Shown piece after piece: positions 34,993-42,415 of a stretch of 49,259 nucleotides of DNA. The stretch comes from a virus (lineage: Duplodnaviria > Caudoviricetes), in the IMG/VR virus record IMGVR_UViG_3300009095_000020, positions 1-49,259 of that record; one strand, given 5' to 3'. The notes beneath the pieces were generated by a model. That model was not told the DNA's origin. It searched no databases and saw nothing but the letters and a program-made list of their open reading frames with translations. Positions within the stretch are counted from its first letter, which is position 1, and the number at the start of each line of letters is the position of its first letter. The position numbers and the translations under genes were made by a program.

Positions 34993-36063
34993 ATGGGCGT
35001 CTGGTACGCGACCAGGGAGACGGTGAAGAGCGCGCTCGACGCGGCGGAGACGGCGCGGAACAACGCGCAGGTCGACCGGGCTCTCGAAGCGTCCTCGCGG
35101 CTGATCGAGGGCAAGCTGCACCGCCGCTTCTACCCCGAGGTGAAGACGCTGTCCTTCGACTGGCCCAACGCGCAGCGCGCCCGATCGTGGCGGCTGTGGC
35201 TCGACCAGCACGAGGTCGTCGAGGTGACGGAGCTGACGGCGGGCGGGGTGTCGATCCCGACAGGTGACCTGCTGCTCTACCCGGCGTCGGGGCCGCCGTA
35301 CAGCCGGATCGAGGTCGACCTCGACTCCAGCAGCGCATTCGCCAGCGGGGACAGCCACCAGCAGGCGATCGACCTCACCGGCACGTTCGCGGGCTGCCGG
35401 CTCGACGAGGCCGCCGCGGGGACGCTGGCCGGCGCGGTGGCATCCGCCAGCGCCGCCACGGTCGATGTGACCGACGGGGCGGCGGTCGGGGTCGGCGATC
35501 TGATCCGCGTCGGTGACGAGCGGATGCTCGTGATCGGCCGGCGGATGCTCGACACCGGCCAGGACCTCGGCGCCGACCTGACCGCCTCCAACGCCGCCGT
35601 CTCGGTGTCGGTGACGGATGGCACCGCGTACAGCGTGGACGAGGTGCTGCTCATCGGCTCCGAACGCATGCTCGTCGTCGACATCGCCGGCAACACGCTG
35701 ACGGTGCGCCGGGCGTGGGACGGCAGCGTGCTGGCCGCACACACGGCGGGCGCCGATATCTATGCGCCGCGGACGCTGGTGGTGGAGCGGGGCGCGGTCG
35801 GTACCACGGCGGCCACGCATCTCGCTGCCGCGTCCGTCTACCGGCATGTTCCGCCCGGCCCCGTGAGCGCGCTGTGCGTGGGCTTGTCGCTGGCCCAGGT
35901 GTTGGGCGAGCAGTCGGGGTATGCGCGGCCGGAGTCGCGGAGCGGCGGCGGGTCGACGTCGGACAGCCGCCGTCGGGACCAAGAGCACGGGGTGGGGCTG
36001 GCCGCCCTGTGGAAGGCCGCGTATGCGGCGTGTGGGCGTAAGGCGCGGATTCGGGGGGTGTGA
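34993..36063 (+). CDS. Head-tail adaptor with inserted beta domains
   Basis: YATRETVK...ALEASSRLIE..LHRRF N-terminus; position after the head genes. Confidence 0.7.
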   Translation: MGVWYATRETVKSALDAAETARNNAQVDRALEASSRLIEGKLHRRFYPEVKTLSFDWPNAQRARSWRLWLDQHEVVEVTELTAGGVSIPTGDLLLYPASGPPYSRIEVDLDSSSAFASGDSHQQAIDLTGTFAGCRLDEAAAGTLAGAVASASAATVDVTDGAAVGVGDLIRVGDERMLVIGRRMLDTGQDLGADLTASNAAVSVSVTDGTAYSVDEVLLIGSERMLVVDIAGNTLTVRRAWDGSVLAAHTAGADIYAPRTLVVERGAVGTTAATHLAAASVYRHVPPGPVSALCVGLSLAQVLGEQSGYARPESRSGGGSTSDSRRRDQEHGVGLAALWKAAYAACGRKARIRGV

Positions 36064-36066
36064 GCT

Positions 36067-36459
36067 GTGTTTGAGGTGCATGCCACGGTCGACCTGGATG
36101 GGCCGCTGTTCGACGGCCGCGCCCCGCAGGTCATGGGCGAGTATGCGCAGGCGGTGGTGGATGACGTCGCCGAGCAGGGGTTCCGGGATATCGGGTTCAC
36201 CCTGGTGAGGGTGTTGAAGCATCCGACTGGCTACTACCAGAGCCAGATCAGGAACCGCCCGTTGGGGCCGAAGACGCGCGTGCTGTACGACAACAGGGTG
36301 ATCTACGGGGCGTGGCTGGAAGGCGTCGGCTCCCGCAACACGCCGGTCACCAGGTTCGAGGGGTATTTCACCTTCCGGCGGGTGACGTTCGCGCTGAACC
36401 GGAAGGCGAAGCCGATCGCCGAGATGACGCTCAGGCGGTTCCTGGGGAGGCTGCAGTGA
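36067..36459 (+). CDS. Putative neck/tail completion protein (HK97 gp10-like)
   Basis: TGYY...I, VIYGAWLEG motifs; synteny. Confidence 0.6.
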   Translation: MFEVHATVDLDGPLFDGRAPQVMGEYAQAVVDDVAEQGFRDIGFTLVRVLKHPTGYYQSQIRNRPLGPKTRVLYDNRVIYGAWLEGVGSRNTPVTRFEGYFTFRRVTFALNRKAKPIAEMTLRRFLGRLQ

Positions 36460-36914
36460 GCCTCAACACCAGCGCTGTCCTCGACGCCATCGTGAGCCAC
36501 GCCATGACGCTGGGGCTCTTCGAGACGGTGAACGCGCACGAGGTCGTGTCCGCGCCTGGTCACGGCCTGCACGCCGAGATCTGGGCCGACAACATCGCGC
36601 CCGTGCCGCTCGCGTCCGGGCTGCGGGTGACGGCGGCGCGTGTGGTGTGGACGGTCCGTATCCGGGGCAACGCCGACGCCCAGCCCAGGGACTTGGTGGA
36701 CCCGAACATGATGGCCGCGGTCGACGCGCTGATGGCCGCCTACTCGGGCGATTTCGACCTCGGCGGGCTGGTGCGGAACGTCGACCTGCTCGGGCAGACG
36801 GGCGTCGCCCTAGCAGCGCGGGCGGGCTATCTGCAGCAGGACGGCAAGGTGTTCCGGATCTACGACATCACCCTCCCTGTGGTGATCAACGACGTGTGGG
36901 AGCAGGTGCCATGA
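36456..36914 (+). CDS. Putative tail terminator
   Basis: DFDLGGLV motif; size and synteny; GGGAGG SD. Confidence 0.6.
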   Translation: MSLNTSAVLDAIVSHAMTLGLFETVNAHEVVSAPGHGLHAEIWADNIAPVPLASGLRVTAARVVWTVRIRGNADAQPRDLVDPNMMAAVDALMAAYSGDFDLGGLVRNVDLLGQTGVALAARAGYLQQDGKVFRIYDITLPVVINDVWEQVP

Positions 36915-37225
36915 GCAGTGACAACCCCGCGCCGGTGGTGTTGGTGAGCACCACCATCATGGACGGCACCGTCGTCCGCTGGCATCGCAGCCTCACCGAC
37001 GCCGAAACGAAGCGGCCCGTCGTGTCGGCGTCCCGGTACGGGGTGATGACCGGGCGGGACGTCTACCTGACCGACGTGCCGCGGGCCTGGGTATCGGCCG
37101 CCACTGAGGCGTACAAGAAGCTCCAGGCCAATCCGAGAGCCGACTTGGGGCATTTGGCGACGCACCGGCACAGCGTGGTCGCCAATGGGCCGCTCGTCCC
37201 CGTCGAGGAGGCAAACCGTGGCTAA
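36911..37225 (+). CDS. Hypothetical protein inserted in the tail module
   Basis: ATGA overlap. Confidence 0.6.
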   Translation: MSSDNPAPVVLVSTTIMDGTVVRWHRSLTDAETKRPVVSASRYGVMTGRDVYLTDVPRAWVSAATEAYKKLQANPRADLGHLATHRHSVVANGPLVPVEEANRG

Positions 37226-37973
37226 GCAAGCAGGGCTCGGTGACGCGTTCTGGCTGGACGGCTACGACCTGTCCGGGGATGTCGGCTCGCTGGGCAGGAT
37301 CGGCGGCGGCCCGGCCGGGACGCAGGACATGACCGGCATCAACAAGTACGGCATGGAGCGGGCCGGGCTGGCGAGGGACGGGGCGCTGGAATGGTCGAGC
37401 TTCTTCAACCCCGGCGAGGCAGCCGCGCACGAGGTGCTGTCCGCGCTGCCGGTCACCAACCGCATCTGCACCTACGGGCGAGGCACGCTGCTGGGCAGCC
37501 CTGCCGCCTGCCTGGTGGGCAAGCAGGTCAACTACGACCCGAGCAGGGCGGCGGACGGGTCGCTCACCATCGCCGTCCAGGCGCTCGCTGACGGGTTCGG
37601 GCTGGAGTGGGGCCGCCAGCTCACCGCCGGGGTGCGCACCGACACCGAGGCGACGGACGGCGACTCGCTCGACCTGGGCGCCGCCGGCAGCTTCGGGCTG
37701 CAGGCGTGGCTGCACGTCACCGAGTTCGACGGCACGGACGTGACGATCGGGCTGGAGCAGTCGTCCGACGACGGCGACACCGACAGCTTCGCCGCTGTGA
37801 CGGGTGGCGCGTTCACGGAGGTGACGGCCGGGCCCACGAGCGAGCGGATTCAGACCGCGCGGGATCAGGCGGTGGAGCGGTACCTGCGGGTCGTGACGAG
37901 CACCAGCGCCGGGTTCACGTCCGTCAGCTTCGTCGTGGTCGTCACGGTCAACGAGCTGGAGGTGTCCTTCTGA
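37218..37973 (+). CDS. Tail tube-like protein 1 with extra C-terminal beta-sandwich domain
   Basis: N-terminal ~130 aa aligns with the 38710 gene; GAGGAGG SD. Confidence 0.65.
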   Translation: MAKQAGLGDAFWLDGYDLSGDVGSLGRIGGGPAGTQDMTGINKYGMERAGLARDGALEWSSFFNPGEAAAHEVLSALPVTNRICTYGRGTLLGSPAACLVGKQVNYDPSRAADGSLTIAVQALADGFGLEWGRQLTAGVRTDTEATDGDSLDLGAAGSFGLQAWLHVTEFDGTDVTIGLEQSSDDGDTDSFAAVTGGAFTEVTAGPTSERIQTARDQAVERYLRVVTSTSAGFTSVSFVVVVTVNELEVSF

Positions 37974-38278
37974 TGGCCGTCTACACGCCCTGTACGACCG
38001 GGACGGTCGCCCTCTACCGGCAGGACGCCGACACTCTCGTCGCTGTCCCTGTCGAGGCGTGGGATGAGACGGGGGCCGCTCAGGTGGCCGGCGAGAGCGG
38101 GCTGATCCTGGCGACGGCCAGGACGGGGTTCGTCCACCTGGAGCAGGCGTCTGCGCAGCTGCCCGCCCCTGGCAAGCCCGCGAAGGAGCCGGTGCGGATC
38201 GGGCCGCCGCCGATGGCGCGGCGGGAGCGGGATGACGAGTCGGACCCGCGCGAGCGGCCAGTGGGGAGGCAGCGTTGA
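37973..38278 (+). CDS. Hypothetical protein
   Basis: GGAGG SD; TGATG coupling. Confidence 0.6.
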   Translation: MAVYTPCTTGTVALYRQDADTLVAVPVEAWDETGAAQVAGESGLILATARTGFVHLEQASAQLPAPGKPAKEPVRIGPPPMARRERDDESDPRERPVGRQR

Positions 38279-38706
38279 GGCCGTTGAACAGGATCGTCCC
38301 GGCCGCGCCGGTGGGGGCGTTCCAGACGTACCGGATCATCAGCCCGCCCGACCGGTCGGTGCGGGCCGCGTGCGAGCAGGTCGGCTGCCAGGCGTGGCTG
38401 TACGGGTGGGAGACGCGCCTGGACGAGCGCACGCCGCTCGGCCAGGCGCAGGCGCTCTACATCCGGGCGGACTCCGGGCGCACCTTCCGCGAGCTTCGTA
38501 CGGCGGAGGGCCTGACGGTGTTCCGGTTCGAGCCGCGCCAGCGGTGCTTCGCCGAGCACCGCACACGGCCCGAGATGTATCTGGTGCGCGGCGGGGACTG
38601 GCGCGAGGACCTCGGGCTCATCCGCCAGCATCAGCGGCCGGTGGATTGGGTCGAGGACTTCAGCCTTCATCAGGATCGGCTCGCCGACCAGCAGAGAAAG
38701 GGATAA
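38275..38706 (+). CDS. Hypothetical protein with C...C...C...H putative metal site
   Basis: GGAGG SD, TTG start overlapping upstream stop. Confidence 0.7.
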   Translation: MRPLNRIVPAAPVGAFQTYRIISPPDRSVRAACEQVGCQAWLYGWETRLDERTPLGQAQALYIRADSGRTFRELRTAEGLTVFRFEPRQRCFAEHRTRPEMYLVRGGDWREDLGLIRQHQRPVDWVEDFSLHQDRLADQQRKG

Positions 38707-38709
38707 GTC

Positions 38710-39135
38710 GTGGCAAAAGAGGCAGGCCTCGCGTGGTCAGCACTGTCGATGGACGACAGCGGCGGCACGCTGAGGGACATCCGCAACGACATCACCAACT
38801 TCGAATTCGCGAGCCCCAGGGCCGTCCAGGACGTGACCGGCGTTGACAAGAGCGCGATGGAGCGGCTGCTCCTGCTCGCCGACATGAGCATGACCCTCAA
38901 CGGCGTGTTCAACGACGCCTCCAACGCCTCGCACGACGTGTTCAAGACCGTGCCCAGCAGCAGCGTGGCCAGGGAGTTCACACTCACGGTCAGCGGGCAG
39001 ACGCTCGGCACCACCCCGCTGTGCACGCTGCTGCCGACGGACTACGCGCTCACCCGGGCGGCCGATGGGTCGCTCACGTGGCAGGTGCCTCTGGTCTTGG
39101 CCAACGGCGCGGTGCCGACCTGGACCAGCGCATAA
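38710..39135 (+). CDS. Tail tube (major tail) protein 2
   Basis: QDVTG, Ser/Thr-rich beta strands, G.PTW end; directly before the chaperone and TMP. Confidence 0.75.
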   Translation: MAKEAGLAWSALSMDDSGGTLRDIRNDITNFEFASPRAVQDVTGVDKSAMERLLLLADMSMTLNGVFNDASNASHDVFKTVPSSSVAREFTLTVSGQTLGTTPLCTLLPTDYALTRAADGSLTWQVPLVLANGAVPTWTSA

Positions 39136-39554
39136 TGGGCGGCTTTGTGCGCCCGCGGACGCTCAAGCTCACGTGGGCTGACGGCGAGTTCGCCGGCCTG
39201 GAGATTCGCGCCAAGAGGGCGTCGTTGGAGACGTTTTTCGAGCTGGCGCCGCTCATCGACGGCGGCATCGACACGGGCAGCGAGGAGGGCCGCGCCGAGT
39301 TCCTGGGCCTGTTCAAGACGTTCGGCGAGTACCTCGTGAGCTGGAATCTCCGAGACGAGGACGGCACGCCGATCCCGTGCACGCCGCAGGAGTTCATGGC
39401 GATGGACCCGCGCTTCGTGCGTGAGGTGCTCGACCAGTGGGCCGAGGCGATCGCCGGGGTCGCTGCCCCTTTGGAGCAGCTATCGCCCGCTGGCGGGCCG
39501 TCCCTGGAGGAATCTCTGCCGATGGAGGTGTTGTCACCGAGCCTCGCGAGCTGA
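39135..39554 (+). CDS. Tail assembly chaperone (G-like)
   Basis: LVSWNL.DEDG.P motif; upstream of TMP. Confidence 0.8.
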   Translation: MGGFVRPRTLKLTWADGEFAGLEIRAKRASLETFFELAPLIDGGIDTGSEEGRAEFLGLFKTFGEYLVSWNLRDEDGTPIPCTPQEFMAMDPRFVREVLDQWAEAIAGVAAPLEQLSPAGGPSLEESLPMEVLSPSLAS

Positions 39555-39700
39555 CCGACGCGCGCTGGATCTTGGAGCAGTGCGAGCGGTTCGGCTGCCT
39601 GCCCAGCCAGCTGATGGCGGAGGATGCGGGGCTGCTGCAGTTGCTGCGGTTGGAGGAGATGGCAGGGCCCGAACCGGGTGCGCTGGCAGAGGAGGTGTGA
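39135..39700 (+). CDS. Tail assembly chaperone GT via -1 frameshift at C CCT TTG (39467-39473)
   Basis: X XXY YYZ heptamer in the correct phase; -1 frame encodes CERFGCLPSQL..ED. Confidence 0.75.
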
Positions 39701-39703
39701 GGC

Positions 39704-42415
39704 GTGGCGAACGAGGTCGAGATTACGATCACGGCCCGCGACCGCTCAGGGCCAGCCCTGGCGTCAGCGCGCGGTAAAGCGCAGGCGTTCGCCGCCAGCA
39801 CCAAGACCACCCTCGGCAAGGCCGGTCAGGAGGCCGGTCAGGCGTTCGGCGACGGCATCGTGAGCGGCGCCGACGGGCGGCTGCGCGACGCGCGAGGCAG
39901 GTTCGTCAAGGGCGGGCAGGACTTGGGCGGCGGCCTCTTCGATGGGGTTCGGGACGGCACCGAGCGCGGCAGCCGGATCTTCCAGCGCTTCTCCTCCGAC
40001 ACCGCGGCCACCTTCTCGCGGACGGGCGTCCTCATCAACGCGGCGATCACCGCCGGTCTGGTGGGTGCGGCGGCGGCTGCGGCCCCGGCTGCTGGCGTGA
40101 TCACGCTGGCGCTGGGTGGGGCGCTCACCACGGTGGGCATGGTGTCGGCCGCCCAGTCGCAGAAGGTCCGCAACGAATGGTCGAGCGTAGGCCATGACCT
40201 GCGTGACGGGCTGGCGGACGTGGCCGCGCCGATGGAACGCTCAGCCATCCGGGCCGCCCGCGTCACCCGGACAAGCTTCAGCAAGCTGAAGCCGTTCCTC
40301 GCCGACTTCTTCGCTGACAGCGAGCCCTCCGTCAACCGGTTCGTCAAGAGCGTCGGCAACGGGGTCGCCTCGCTCGGCCGGGTGATCGGCGGGCCGCTGA
40401 AGCGCGGCTACACGGCCGTCCTGGACGCGCTCGCCCGCCAGAACCCTGAGATCTTCGGGTCGCTGGAGCGGTCGATCGAGAACCTGGCGAACACCGCCGA
40501 AGAGCATGCTGACGACATCGCCGCCGCTTTCCAGTTCGTGGCCGACACCATCGAAACCACGACCGAGGTGGTTGGCTTCCTGGCCGATGAGTGGTCCAAC
40601 TTCACCGACGACATTGAGGCGACGGGTCAGGCCGGTAAGGACTTCGGAACCAGCTTCCGTGAGGGCCTGTACGACCTGTACAGGACGCTGGGGATCAACA
40701 CCGAGCAGATGCGGAAGGTCGAGGAGTCGTGGGCGGCGGCGGACGCGGCAGCGGCCAAGAGCGACGGGGTCAAGCAGGCGGGCGCGTCCGCGAAGGCGCT
40801 GGGCGGGTCCGCCCGCGACGCGACGGCCGGGCTGCGGGATTTGGCCGCGGTGATGGAGGAGATGACCGGGCCCGCCCTCGATGCGGCGGAGGCGCAGATC
40901 CGCGCCGAGGAGGCGATCGACCGGGCCACGGCCGCGGTGCGGAAGAACGGTCGCACGCTGGACGTGAACACGTCAAAGGGGCGGGCGAACAAAGAGGCGC
41001 TCCTGCAGATCGCTCGGGCCGGGCAGCGCCATATCGCCACCATGCAGGCCGAGGAGAGGTCGACGGAGGCGATCGCCGGCAAGTATGCCCGCTACCGGGG
41101 GCAGCTGATCAGCGCGGCGATGGCGGCGGGGAAGACGCGCGCTCAGGCGCGGCGGCTGGCGGATGAGTGGCTGGCGGTGCCCGAGGAGGTGACGACGCAT
41201 GCCAGGGGCGAGCTGGGCGACCTGAAGCGGAAGATCGCCGAGGCGAAGGCGCGGCTGAAGGACAAGGGCCTGACCCGGCCGGAGCGGGCGAAGATCCGGG
41301 GGGAGATCTCCGACCTTCAGGCGAAGGTGAGGGCGGCGAAGTCGCAGCTGTCCAGCATCCGGGACAAGACGGTCACGATCCGCTCCAACTACGTGACCAC
41401 ACACACGTACGCCAGCGGCACGGCGTCGCTGCGGGAGCTGATCCCGGGCTTCCGGCAGGCGCACGGTGGCATCTCGGGCGGCGGCAGGTCGAGCCTGCGC
41501 AAGATGGCCACCGGCGGGATCGGCGGCGGCACCCCGGTCCTGGTCGGCGAGCAGGGCCCCGAATTGGTGAACTTGCCGTTCGGGTCGTCGGTGTCCCCGG
41601 CCGGGCAGACCCGCAGCAGGATGGCCCAGCAGGGCTTCGGATCGGTCAGCATGGCGTTCCGCGGCGGCGGGGGCGGCGGCTCCGGCGGCGGGCTGGCCGA
41701 CTCGGTGCGTGACCTCGCCTCCGCGCTGCGCGAGGTGATCGGCCTGCGCGAGGGCATGTCGCGCTTCACGGATGGGGTGATGGGCCAGGGGCGCGCCTTG
41801 ATGGCCTATGAGGAGGCGTGGGACCGGGTCCGGAAGTCGATGAAGGACAACGGCAAGAGCCTCAACATCTCGACGCAGAAGGGCAGGGAGAACCGCAGCG
41901 CCCTCATGGACTTGGCGGCGGCGGCGCACGACGTCGCCTTCGCCATGCATGACCTGGGCAGGCCGACGGCGACGATCGTCGCCAAGATGAAGGAGCAGCG
42001 CGCCGAGTTCGTCAAGATGGCCCGCGCGTTCGGCCTCACCAAGAAGGAAGCCCAGGCCCTCGCGGACAAGTGGGGTCTCATCCCCAGCCAGGTCAAGAAG
42101 GTCCTCACGCGCGAGGCCAAGGACCTGGCCCACAACAAGAAGATCGAGAGCGGTAAGGCCACCGGCGGCATCGCCGGCGGCTGGACGATGGTGGGCGAGC
42201 GCGGCGCCGAGCTGGTCAGGCTGCCGTTCGGGTCGAGCGTGGTGTCCGCAAACCAGACCGCCGCGGCGCTGGCCCACGGTGGCGGCGGCCCGGCGCCGGT
42301 CGTGTTGGAGCTCCGCTCGTCCGGGAGCGCGGTGGACGACATGCTGCTGCAGATCCTCCGCCGGGCGGTGCGGGTGCGCGGCGGCAACGTCCAGCTGGTG
42401 CTGGGGAGGGCGTGA
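39704..42415 (+). CDS. Tape measure protein with duplicated C-terminal module
   Basis: 903 aa, Ala-rich helical; EITITARD N-terminus; two VGE.G.ELV.LP.GS.V motifs. Confidence 0.9.
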   Translation: MANEVEITITARDRSGPALASARGKAQAFAASTKTTLGKAGQEAGQAFGDGIVSGADGRLRDARGRFVKGGQDLGGGLFDGVRDGTERGSRIFQRFSSDTAATFSRTGVLINAAITAGLVGAAAAAAPAAGVITLALGGALTTVGMVSAAQSQKVRNEWSSVGHDLRDGLADVAAPMERSAIRAARVTRTSFSKLKPFLADFFADSEPSVNRFVKSVGNGVASLGRVIGGPLKRGYTAVLDALARQNPEIFGSLERSIENLANTAEEHADDIAAAFQFVADTIETTTEVVGFLADEWSNFTDDIEATGQAGKDFGTSFREGLYDLYRTLGINTEQMRKVEESWAAADAAAAKSDGVKQAGASAKALGGSARDATAGLRDLAAVMEEMTGPALDAAEAQIRAEEAIDRATAAVRKNGRTLDVNTSKGRANKEALLQIARAGQRHIATMQAEERSTEAIAGKYARYRGQLISAAMAAGKTRAQARRLADEWLAVPEEVTTHARGELGDLKRKIAEAKARLKDKGLTRPERAKIRGEISDLQAKVRAAKSQLSSIRDKTVTIRSNYVTTHTYASGTASLRELIPGFRQAHGGISGGGRSSLRKMATGGIGGGTPVLVGEQGPELVNLPFGSSVSPAGQTRSRMAQQGFGSVSMAFRGGGGGGSGGGLADSVRDLASALREVIGLREGMSRFTDGVMGQGRALMAYEEAWDRVRKSMKDNGKSLNISTQKGRENRSALMDLAAAAHDVAFAMHDLGRPTATIVAKMKEQRAEFVKMARAFGLTKKEAQALADKWGLIPSQVKKVLTREAKDLAHNKKIESGKATGGIAGGWTMVGERGAELVRLPFGSSVVSANQTAAALAHGGGGPAPVVLELRSSGSAVDDMLLQILRRAVRVRGGNVQLVLGRA

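Noticed and set aside
37218-37973. Contractile tail sheath (myovirus)
   Set aside because: Too short, homologous to the tube gene, and no baseplate wedge genes are present
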